This document shows positions 1 through 15,500 of a stretch of DNA of 64,000 nt, one piece after another. This stretch comes from Balanoglossus misakiensis. Its lineage: Eukaryota > Animalia > Hemichordata. Made by a program: the position numbers and the translations under genes. Numbering within the stretch: the stretch's first letter is position 1; each line of letters opens with the position of its first letter. The notes under the pieces were generated by a model that ran no database searches, had not been told where the DNA came from, and worked only from the letters and a program-made list of their open reading frames with translations. The stretch is taken from assembly GCA_040954595.2 (NCBI GenBank), contig CM082589.2, positions 1,280,009 through 1,344,008 of the forward strand, written 5' to 3'.

Positions 1-410
1 ATGTACACGTAGCAAGATATTTATAGCACAAGATTCACATCCTGGTTTGTTGTTGTTTTGTTGAATGTCAATTGCATGAAACTGTACTTTGTGATAATGA
101 AGTGGAGGTTGGTGTATCTTTGGTCAAAAATATAAAATAATTAACGTCTTGTACAATCGTAGTAATTAAAATAAAGAGTGTCTTTAAAATAAATGTGGAT
201 TGTTGTATGCATGTAAGTATATAAAAATGGTTGAATATTACAATTGGGTGTATTGTATTTTGTATTGTGTTTTATGGTTGTAAGATATGTCATGGTCAGT
301 ATTTTTATTGCAGATGATTCAGTTTCTTCTATTCTTTGGAAGAGATGAGATTTCTTCTATTCATTGACTATCACCTGCATCAGTCTTCTTCTGAAATCTT
401 CACCACTTAC

Positions 411-450
411 TCTTAACTCTCTCTCTCTCTTTCTCTCATTCTCTTAACTC
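411..450. repeat. Degenerate (CT)n microsatellite
   Basis: tcttaactctctctctctctttctctcattctctt. Confidence 0.7.
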
Positions 451-1094
451 CTGTCGTGTAATTCTCATTCCAGTAAAATAATTCACAGCTCTTAATGAAA
501 AAAAACAAGAATGCAACACGGATCAAGGGGAAATAACCCAAATTTTCCAAAAATGATTGTTTTGAATAATTCTTGGCCTATCACATCTCAGCTTCGTCCG
601 ATTTTCAAGCATTTGTAAAATGTTTGTTTTACGCTGGTAATTCAGAAATGATCATTTACTGCCACCAGTTTTGGACATATTTTAACCTTATAATCCCATT
701 ACAATATTTAGTCTACTATTAAAAAAAGATTATTAGACTTGATATGTCAGACTTTGGATCCAAACAAAGATTAGGATTGGGATACCATGGTAACCTGCAA
801 TGTTGCAGTGGCTACCTGCTATATCACCATGGTGACCTACGTTAGTCCCTGTAATTAAATTTTATGCCCATGTGTTTTATGACATAACAGAAATTAGGTT
901 CTTTCTCAGAGAGTGTTACCTGGTGTCTGGTCTTGTCTACTAAAATACTAAAAAACCTGGCAGTGTTCTAACCATTCCCCTTGGTCATAAGCATTAACAA
1001 ATGAATACATATGACTCGCGATGCTTTTTCCTTGATCATTAATCTAACTATATAAGTGTTCACTAACTCTAGCTACCATGCCTGTCTTTTGTAG

Positions 1095-4000
1095 TTGCCC
1101 TACCCCGGGTTGTGATGGCTCTGGTCACATTACTGGTAATTATGCATCTCATAGAAGGTATGCTATCATCTCATTGGCCATTGACAAGTCAGATATCAGC
1201 ATTATTGACTCTTCTGACACAAATATTGGCCAAGATCAAGTCAATACCTTACGACACTGAAAACACAAATATCCATTGAACTAATCATGGGATATTTAGG
1301 TTTTCAGCATGGTAAGGTTTGATCTACAGATTCTTATTGGTCAGTCTGAAGTGACATGACAGCATAAGTGGCTGTTCTGTTTCTTGATTGGTCAATGCTA
1401 GGTCATTAATTTAAATTATAAGCCTGCTTCCATTTCATTGGTCAATTTTAAATCATTGCCACCAATTTAAACCTGCAAGTGATCTGCATAAATTGCATTG
1501 TCGTCATCAAATTCACATTAACTTGTAACACGAGCTGACTTCAGAATGAACTAACTCAACACCATGTAACAATAATTCACAACTCAGTCTACAATGACTA
1601 AGAATACCACTAGGTAAGGTATTAAATTCACTCATTTCATGTCTTCTAATTTTCTCAATAATGCGAGACATTAGCTGCGAAATCTCTCGGCACTTTTTAG
1701 TGCTGTTCCTGACAGTAAAAAAAACATGACAGCTTCCAAGTAGTTGGCTCTGATTCAATGATAATAGTTTAGTCTTTTGATAAAACGAGTAAGATCTGAT
1801 TTTATCTACAATGGCAAGAAAATGGCTTTGATTTTGTTAAATTTCTTCACTTCAGCCCGCTTAGTGAAACATGGAAAGCTGTTCTATATTTCTGACTTCA
1901 AGCTCTAATCTCCTTTTTCGTTCAATTCTAGGATCTGTGTCTTCTATGATTTTATGTGGAGATCGTGTTTTCTTTCAGGTGATAGATATCGAAATCCATT
2001 GGCTATCAGTGATTGTTGTTTCAAATTCACTGCTAATTTCACTTCTTGTATTTTGTTTTAGTTTGTCAGGGTGTCCCAATGCTGATAAAAGTATGATAAT
2101 TCAAGGTTCGCAAGAACTCAGGTAAGCGACTTGTGAAGTCTAAATTTCGACTCGCTTCCATTATATTATTTAATACGTCAAAATGTGAATTTTAATAGAA
2201 TCGTACCAATGTTCACAGAACACACATAGTACTGATAAATTGTATCTCACCAACCTTACGGTTGTCCTACCGTACATAAACATGGAAAAGTTGACAAATT
2301 GTGAACTGATCTATCATGAATAAAATATACATTACAATTTGTCACATTTGAAAATCTATTAGCCGTAACATTTGGCTGTTTTTTCGATTTGCTAAGAGAG
2401 TATTTTTTCAATGGTAGATGTCCCACTCCTGGTTGTGATGGGTCAGGTCATGTGACCGGCAACTACTCATCGCATCGGAGTCTGTCAGGTTGTCCACGAG
2501 CTAAGAAGGGCAAAGGAATCTTGACATTGTCACCGAGGAAAGAAGGAGAGAATGGTTCAATTTTTGGCAAAGAAGAGGAGAGCATTAAGTAAGTGCCAGA
2601 TGGATTCATCGGCCATCTTGAATTAGCAATGGTTGTAGTTTGTACTTTTTCAGTTGAAACTCTAGATCTTGACTGAGAAACATTTGCATCTACATGTAGT
2701 TAGCAGTTAGCCATCTTAAATTTATAATATTATCAGGTTATCCTATTTACTTGATGTATTCACAATGCTAGTCAGGAGTCAGCCTTTAAGTATTCATCTT
2801 GCAAGATGTCCACCATCTTGTTGAGTATGGATACACATATGGTCAGACATAAGCGGCCATCTTGAATAGATAGTGTCCGGTATTTCCTGTCAGACACTAA
2901 TATCTTGCATGGATATTAAACAGATGGTGAATTCATTGTCTGAATTCTGTTTGATTTGCGACAGATGCCCGGTACCAGGATGTGACGGCACAGGCCATGT
3001 CACGGGGAAGTATGCATCCCACCGTAGTGCATCAGGGTGTCCCCTAGCAACCAAAAGCACCACAGTTTTGCTGAAATCTCAGCAGAATTTCAATGAGAAT
3101 TCATCATCGTGGAAATCAATCAAAATGGACGGACTCACGTGAGTTGCATTTTATGTTTGTGTCGAGTGACACAATATTAGCAAACATTAGTAAGATGCAT
3201 CCAGACATTAACACTTTACTTTTTATTTTATTTAACCTTATTTAATGAGGGTAGCTTGGTGAACTCTGAAAGGAGTTTGTGATTATGACACAGATCTGTG
3301 AAATGACTAGGAAAACAGCAAGACTTAATGTTAGTACTGATAGCAGTATAAACTTTTTATAAAGTTTTTAGTGCATATAGTGAATAGTGAATAATGTTAT
3401 GTATTGGTGTTTATATTCATATAGCTTATTGTAGCTTGTCATCTATTATTCACTCTTAGCAGTTGTCCAACGCCGGGATGTGATGGCTCAGGGCACTCAA
3501 ACGGAAGTTTTTTAACACATCGGAGTCTGTCTGGATGTCCGCGTGCTACCACGGCGATGAAGAAAGCCAAGTTGAACGGGGAAGAAATGAGTACGATTAG
3601 TTTGAAGGCTTTGAATGGTGAGTATTCTGACCTGGAAAGTGACATTTGCTTGTCTGGCTGCAAAGTCTTTATTTTTGATTCAGCCAAGTGAGGCTGTGAG
3701 TTAACTCACCAAAACTTTTGAGAAAACAAAGATCATTTTACCGAAGCTACTTGTAGACATGAAAACGATAGTCAGAGTGAGTGCGAAAGACTGAGCAAAG
3801 TTTGATTCTAGATGTCGTGTTGGATTAATTCGACAGGTATTGAGAATGACGAAGACATCAAGACACTTGAGCAGGAGATAGACGATCTGCATCAGAATAA
3901 TTCACAGATGGAATCACAGATGATCAAACTTCGTACGCAGATCACCAGCATGGAAAACCAACTTCGATTCTCGGAGAAGGAAACCTCCACAATCGAGAAC

Positions 4001-4237
4001 AAAACTGCATCACTGGACGTTTACTTCAATCACTTGAAACGGAATGTGATGACACATCTGTCTGATGTGAAGTTACCCACAAATTTAGAGACACCGACAG
4101 AAGACAACTTTGACACCTACATCGCTACTTTAAAGAGCTTATGTTTGGACAATTATTCCGCTGATAACAGCGCCCTCTTTAGTGTCGTGAAAAACGCTCT
4201 GTCAGACATTTCAGTGCCGCCTCTTGTCTTTCCTTAG
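1095..4237 (+). CDS. MYT1: Myelin transcription factor 1 family (Myt1/Myt1l/St18 pro-orthologue), 3' part; 5' exons lie upstream of the window
   Basis: GT-AG exons 1095-1157, 2062-2121, 2418-2588, 2965-3138, 3463-3617 and 3837-4237 join in frame. They encode four C2HC fingers (CPxPGCDGxGHxxGxxxxHRSxSGCP) and the family C-terminal coiled coil ([39 protein letters not shown]...). Confidence 0.95.
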
Positions 4238-7200
4238 TCATGTGATTATCAGTACTCCTGTGTAGAACTGAACAATATGGCCGCCGAATGGTACAAAAGA
4301 ACAGCACGTCTTTTGCAAGCAATGTACTTTTACTTATCATTCTGTAGACTTCAGAATTTCTTTAAATTTCACACCGTCTGCTGTCTGTTGTTAAACGACA
4401 CATTTTATCTAGAACAAGCTTTATGATACATGAAAACGTTTGCCTGATCAGAATTTTGAATTTTCTGTAGACTTTGTGTTGTATCAGTTGGTATATTGCT
4501 TTGTATAGTATTTCTTGTCACATCTTCAAGCACCTTCATTCTTAAGTACCATCTTGTCTGTATCTAATACTTAAATCACTTGTTACAGCAGTCTTATTTC
4601 TTGTTTGTCAAAGTCGTCTGTATACGTCATGATCTATTCTGAATAAGTTGTGGTAACATTAATTGTATTGTAAGTTTTGTAACCAACAAGGTAGCAATGC
4701 AAAAGCAGAGTACTTTTCTGATTGGCTGGTGAGATTTTGAATTTGTGTGAAAACATTCAGCCAATCAGAATCCACGAAACTATCAATTGCTTGTTGGGTA
4801 ATTCTTTCCATGTGTATAACTTGTGCTTCAGTATATGGCCAGCTACTTTATAAAGAGTTCACTGTGGAATCTGGGACCAGTGCAAGTAAAAACAAATATA
4901 TATGTCACTGCCATTTCAATAACATATTAAAAAAATATTAAAAGTGAAAAAAGTAGGAGAGAATATAAACCAAACAAAATTTTATGTTTGTCAAGATTTG
5001 CAGAAATCATCTAAATGTGTATTTATATAGAGGCCAAATGGTACCTTCTGTACAAATTGTTTTCTAGTGTGGATTTATTGTCATGGAAACATGCTTTCTG
5101 TCCCTTGTTGAATATTTTAGAACGTAGAATGTCATTCTTGTGTAGAATGCCTTGCGACCCCTATATGCTATTTAGTATGGTCCAGAGTTGCTCTCATTGA
5201 ATGAAATCGGCACATTCCATCATAAATAATGGGATTGTTGTAATATAATCAATAATTTGCATAATTTTGGACCACTCCCCATTTGTGCGAGTCAATTCAT
5301 ATTTTGAATGCAATACGAGATGTCAATGTCCTTAATTGCAATGAGAATATAATGTTCCAGTATTCAGAGTATTTAAATTATTATATGTTTTTTTTTAATA
5401 GGCTTTATAAGTTATTTTGTACAGGGATATTTTTTCAGTCTCTTAATTTATTATATTGGTCCCTCTTTGTATTTCAGGAAACTTACAATTTTGGATGAAA
5501 TTAAACATATTAAAAGAAGACTAGTAGTACTTCACATCCAGTTAGATATTCGAAAAACAGCTGAGAAATCAAAAGTTTGACTAAAAAGTGCTAGAGTTAG
5601 AAAAGTTCTGTCTGGAATCGGAGCAATGTGTGCTATTCAGAGTATGGTTATGGTCACCTCCTAACCCCATTTGCCATCAAAGTTTGGTTTAACTTGTTGT
5701 TTGTGTGATGCTTGACCAATGGGCCACATGGCTATCATTTGCCTTTAATTAGATACATGGTAAAATGCAAAGTTTGGATTGTTTAGGATTGACATATAGC
5801 TGACCTTGGATGTATTGGAAAATATTGGCCTTGCATTGGTTGTTGAAATGTGATTTGGTGGTTAATGTTGACCGATTAAGCATATAACCGGTGTTGAGCT
5901 GGAATATATGGTTATTAGATATCTGGATGGATTTCTTGCTTGCTGATCTACATCATATTATTGACTGGGCAATATCTTGCTTATTGACCCAGGTATATAT
6001 TTTATGATGTAGCCTGGGTTGTATGCTATGTGTTTTGTGCAAGAAAGGTTTGGTGGTTCAAATGACCTTTGAAACCTGAAAATAGTTGTAAATATTCCTT
6101 TCAGTACTCCCTTGGATTACACTTCAATTACCCATAATTCAGTGTTTAGGTCAAAGGTTATTTTTGTTACACTGACATCTATCATTTGTTATTTTTTAAT
6201 GATCATAAAAGTGCCAGTCACAGAAAGTTTCTTTTGAATCTGACCAAAATTCCCATTTTTTTCACATTCATAACATTGATGTACTTGACAACTCAAATAT
6301 CATTTGAACCAATGACAAATTTTGAATATTTCTCTGAGTTGAATGATTTGGACTTTTTCATGTAATTTGAATTTGACCCGTGCTTGACCTTTACAATTGG
6401 ATTTGTGATAATTTCAAGGTACTAGTACTAGATTTACTTCCACTAGTTCTTAGAAGTAGAATTTAAGAGTTTGTGTAAACTATGCCAAATAAGAGGACTG
6501 TGTGAGTAAGTCCTATGTTCACTTTTCTTTTTCATCTTTTGAGAATTTTGGCCAGTGATCTGTACAACTGGTTGTGCTAGTAACCTAATTTGTGCAATAT
6601 TTTTCCTGATTATTTGATTGATTCAGGGTTTAATCATGATTGAAAAAACTTGTAAGGCTGTAGTTTTTGTTTGCCTTTTTTGTAGATATTGTCTAGATTA
6701 GAAGAAAGCCTGCCATCGTTTTCTGTGAGTTACCAGGGAAGTAGAAAATAACTACTGTATTGCATAAAAACAGGACACATTTTTGAACTGAGTTGATGTA
6801 CCGCATTATTGACCCAAGATTGATCGAATATCATAAAACTGCTGCTTCAAGATGGTTGACCTTTGACCAGTTTTAGTACCCATACAACAGTGGTCCATGA
6901 GAATTTTCTGAACTGTTGATGTTTTCAGACTGCCTTTCCTATATTCCCAAAATATTTTGTGCAATTCTGTCATATCATGAAGTTTTATTCATTCAAGAAA
7001 ATAGGAAAGGCAATTTCATTACTCAGTTTTCATAAATTTAACATGTAGTTACTTTTTTGACCAAAGAGGCTTTGAGTTTGTCTTACTATTAATTTATTCA
7101 CCACTTAAAGATGCTCAATTTCTTCGAAGCAAGATTTTCATTTGAATCGTTTATGTCATCATATCAGTGACAGACAGAATATCAAAAATATGAAAACCTT

Positions 7201-7880
7201 AATTCTTAAATGTATAATAAACGTTTTTTTGAATTGTTAGAAAAATTAAAACTAATTAATAAATGGGGTGATGACCATCCTACAAGGAAGTGAACATTTT
7301 CAAATTTCTTGTAAACATTTTGGCAGCTCTTTTAAATTCCAAATATCAGCAAAATATGAAGTGATTTGGTTTTTCAACCCAGTCATTTGAGCCCTGATTG
7401 CGAACCTGATTTTAAAATGTTCTAAAAATGCACACAGTGAAGGATAAGAGAATGTTGGTAACATATTTGAGATGTTTAGTACTTCCAAGAAACCACAACA
7501 AAATGTCGTCATGTTTCTTGAGAACTTTAATCGCAGTACTCCTTTGATGGAACTATTTCTTGCTGGTCAAAAACCCTGTCACCCCTATTTCCCACTAAGA
7601 GTGGTACCTGCCCACTGAAAATAGTTGGGTCAAACCATTTATGATGAGGGAAATGTCATATAAATGTATCTTATTTATTATCCTTGAATAAGTGTAATGT
7701 AAATGTATACTTTCATTGGGCACTACCAGAAATATGGTTTGCCATATCCTGAAAATGAAATTCAGATTTTTTCAAGTGGTTTTAAATATTTTATTGTCAT
7801 TGAAGATCCAATGATTTGGTGTCATGCCGGTTCATTGATATGCTTGTATCTGTCTCAGTGCATGTGTCAATTTAAATAAA
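4238..7880 (+). other. Probable long (~3.6 kb) Myt1 3' UTR
   Basis: AT-rich sequence after the stop codon with no recognisable protein. AATAAA at 7875-7880 is followed by a GU/U-rich tract. Confidence 0.5.
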
Positions 7881-8379
7881 TGTCCATATTTGATTTGCTA
7901 CAATGTGTCAGTTTGTCTTTTTTGTCATCTTCATAAACTATGACAAATGATACAGTAAAATCTGTCTGAATCAAGCATCTACTGCATGAAACATGACAAT
8001 TTTGGTTTGAAGGCTGGAAGAGGTTCTAACGTCTATGGTATGTATTTCCCGTATGAAAGAGACTGAGAATGAAAACTTTAATGAAAACCTTATAAATCAG
8101 TCACTTACATTTGTAACAATGTCATTGCGAGGTAAGTTATGAAATTAAAAGACAAAAACAGTATGTATCAATCTTACAGGAATCCATTTATCATATTTAT
8201 TCAAATTTCATAATTGTTGAGATCATACTAAGCAAAACTGTCATCTATTGTCAAGTAGAGTAGCATGATTCCCGTTTAATATTGTTTTGTGTAGCCCCTC
8301 GGGTGTTGCCCCGGAAAAAAGTATTTTATTTTATATTCTGTGAGCATAGCTGGCCGATATATGGTAAACTGTGTCATCC

Positions 8380-8539
8380 GCGCGAGACACTGACGTCCTT
8401 CCAGCTATTTTCCCAGCCTGCTCAGCGCACATGACGTCAGAGCACTCTATTTTGGTTCGCAGCTGAACTGTTGACGTCGATGAAAAGCTGGGAAAAACTG
8501 CACCAAATAGGCGACAAATAGCCACTTGGAGTTTGCTAG
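8380..8539 (+). promoter_or_regulatory. Pcmtd promoter and non-coding first exon with three CRE-type motifs
   Basis: CpG-enriched patch with TGACGTCA at 8432-8439 and TGACGTC at 8391 and 8472. Candidate donor AG|GTAATG at 8539/8540; polypyrimidine acceptor ending 9221, upstream of the ATG at 9260. Confidence 0.6.
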
Positions 8540-9250
8540 GTAATGATTTAGTTCATATATTTTATTTATCGCGACCTTTCAGTAATTTTAATCCCGTAAC
8601 TGCGCCAGGAGTCGATATTTTCTAAGGATAAACATCGCAGACTATGCAGTGGACTGCGACTTCGTTGTTGTGGTCCATCATTTTAAGTCATGCGCTCACG
8701 TCTTTTCTCTGCAGTTCCGAGCTCGAAACAACATTTTCTGACAGTTTTGACAATTGCCACTTTAAATTAGAGTGGTGTAGATATATGTTGTTCCGACAGT
8801 TAGCGTGCTGGCGCCTTCGCTGAATTTTTACGTATCTGGTGAGGAGAATGCCATGCAAGTTCGCAGTGTTTTGCAATATATGCAAAATTTATGCAAATTT
8901 AGCAGGGTTACCTTTGCACAGTATGCAAATTGAAATGTAATGTGAAACATACTGTTACCTCATTCAGGTCGCCAGTGAACCAAAAAGTGGTCAGTTATAT
9001 TCACAAGAATCATTAGCGTGAGATTCTGTTGTGTTAGTAATTGTATAGTCATAATAAAAGAATTGTTATGTAAACATTGGGTTGAAATTGGTTCTTTAGT
9101 CATAATTGAGCCAATAAAATGTCTGGTTCATTCTCAATATGATACTATGATTTATGAAAATGTATACTGATAAAATAATACTCACGATTATGAATTTTTC
9201 CTCTTTTTTTTGCCTCCTTAGAGAATATTCTGAGGTGTTTTCAGAATTGA

Positions 9251-12594
<3,344 letters not shown>

Positions 12595-15500
12595 AAAAAC
12601 AACAAATTGGATTGTTAATGGCGCAATAGAGATAATTAATGCACTCTGAGAAGATTTCAGAGCATTGAGGCAAATAGGGCATTTGGTTTCTTTCCACAAG
12701 AGCTGGAGAAGTCAGCGCCATAGTTTATCGCATCTAGTCTTACATTTGCCAAGAATGACAGATGATCATTGTATGGCTTCAGAATATGTGGGCATTTTTT
12801 GTGTGACAATACCATATACATTCATAAAACAAGACATCTAAGTGATTTTACCAGGTTTGTATTAAAGATAGTCTCAGAAAGTATCAGATGTTTAACTTTT
12901 CTAGCTGTATGGTCTTCAACTGCCATATAGTTAATTTTGTTCTCTGGGCTGTCACAGCGCTTTGATCTAGACTTCATTCATGGTTGGAAAGGTCAAGTAG
13001 TCACATGATGTTTGCATAGCAACTGGGTGATGAATAACAATACATGTTGCTTCCTCATGAAGGTCAAACAATATCTGATTGTGGTCATGTTACATCTGCG
13101 ATTGATATGTTGTAGATTTATCTATTACATGAACGGCCAACAGTATCTGAGTCTGTAATCACAAGTGTACAGGTTGCCTTGTACGGAAGTTTGAGTTGTC
13201 AGTATAGGGTTTTATGCTTGAGGGACGTGGCAACATCTGGAAGTTTCCTGTATTATGGTGACGTGGCATAACGTGATCCAGAAATTCCCCAGACTGCTGC
13301 ATAATTGTAACTAACAATAGTGTGACAAAATCTAAAAAATAATTATGGTGAGGCTTCTATGCATAAACAAAATGCTTGAAATTCAGTTTTGAATGACTGC
13401 AAGCCCTCTTTTCATGGCATTAAATTTCTTTATAGTTTTCAGAGACAGTTCTTTTCTTGACATATTTGAAAATACACCCAGAAAAATATTTCCTATTTGA
13501 GATGGATTTTAGTGGGAAAATGGTCCACGCTTTTCATGGAAAATCAGATTTGAAAATGACAAAATTGTTCTGGGTTCATGATAGCACGTTCTACATTGTA
13601 TATAAATAAAAAACATTTTGAAGTATTGAAATCATGCAGTTTACATCCATGATTGGTTTGTGCCATAGTTATTCATTCTTTAACTTCAGTAGTATTGAGA
13701 GAAATTCCTGAGTGTGGTTTTCATTTATTCTTAAAATATTGTGATTGGTTTTTTCCTTTGTTTATTTGATATTTACATCATTCTGTTACTTTTTTTTTCA
13801 AAAATGTTTGAGGAAAGAATTTAAGAGGTCCACCAAATAAATCCCTGTGATTTATAAACTTAATATTTGAGACCATGTTGCTAGGTGTATTTTCACCGTT
13901 CACTACTCACCAAAAACATTTCCCCCGTAAAGTACCTCAGTTACCAGGTGAACATGGAATTATTTACTTTGTCAAACGTCATCATTCTTGTCAACTTGAT
14001 GCTGGGTGTTGGCTGTTTGTAGCATTGCTTAGTTGTTTGGTGGCAGGCTTGAAAGGAGATGAGCAATCTTCATATGAGGAACTTGGTCTTACAAGTGTGA
14101 ATGCTGTATCGTGGATGTCCTATTAGTGACTGATTTGCCCATGAGATATTGTTTTGCAAGAACATTCACAGTACATGTACTTTAATTTGCTGGTAGTGGT
14201 ACATTAATCAAAATACTGCTTTTTGCCTCAACACGTTGGTTTGTCAGTTTGGATCTTTCTAATGGGAAATGAAGCCCCATATCTTATTCTTGCCCGTCAT
14301 TACATGGTTGTGACATCAAGCAAACATTTTCACTCCCTACAACATGCACTTCAATTTAACCTGTCATTTTGTAAGTCATAGTTACATCAAAGTCCAAACC
14401 AACAGATTGTTTCTTTTGAAAACAATGTACAATTCTCTAGACTAGGAAAGTTGACTTGAAGCAAGCTTATATAGTAACAAATCTCCTCACAGAAGGAATG
14501 AATTCAAATGCTTTATAGCTATTCCAGCTGACAGAATTTTTGTCAGTGGATATTTTCTGTAAAGCAGATCAGGCTTTGTATTGGTGAATTTTGACATGAT
14601 TTTTGACCATCGGTTTAGAGACGATTTGTCCTGTATATTGTCATTTACATCAACCTAACTCCATAGTACTCTTGAATTTAATTTGAATTATATTGCATGT
14701 ATTCCGTCACCTTTTTGAGTATTATTTAGAAAATCTATTATTTAGAGAGATTTAAAACAATATTATTGTATCTATATCAATGAATGTTCACTGCATTTAT
14801 TCACCAATGAAATAAATATATAATCGAATCAAAATCTGTCAATTTTCTTGGTACAATTTTTTCTAATTCTTAACGTTGAGGGCTCCCTCCACCCACCCCT
14901 CACCATAATGTGCATTGAGGTTCCCTGTGCCATCTGCATTGTATGCATGTTGTTCGCTGTTCACAATCTCTTTGACTTCACCAGTATCAGGTGCTGATTC
15001 TTTGATGTCAGCCTTCGTAGAAAATATCAAGTGATTAAACTGACATGTATAAGTCAACAGATCACACCAGTTGCCATGGCAGTCACAGCAAACCACTCCA
15101 CAACATTTACAACATAAGCTCATCATTTTTGTCTTTAATAAATATTTAAGAGATTTTCTGTTTTAATATCAATCACAGCCAGAGCAATAAGAAGGTAAGG
15201 GTCTCTTTCATACATGTCAGACAATTGCCTTAAAAAAAATTCTATAAAGTTCAATCATTCTGAAAATAAAATGCATGGCTCTAAAAATCAATTATATTCA
15301 AATGCTGATAAAAATCAGATATTTTATTGTTCAAATACCAAAGTTGACAGTGACCTAAAACTTGGTGTGCTACAAAATGGTGGACCTGCATATCTTCTAT
15401 TTTTATACCAGAGTTATCTTTGCTTATTACTTTTCACCCACAAATCTCAGAATTATCCAAAAAGTATCCTTGGTAATTTGAGATGCTTGTTTCTCATTCC

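Noticed and set aside
314-367. Possible additional Myt1 exon after the acceptor-like ttattgcag
   Set aside because: No downstream donor or Myt1-like sequence evident.
2605-2870. Repeated (g)gccatcttg motifs in a Myt1 intron
   Set aside because: Irregular spacing; probably remnants of a common dispersed repeat, with no definable boundaries.
7950-7970. tacagtaaaatctgtctgaa, resembling the TIR of the MITE at 55766
   Set aside because: No matching second terminus found; fragment at best.
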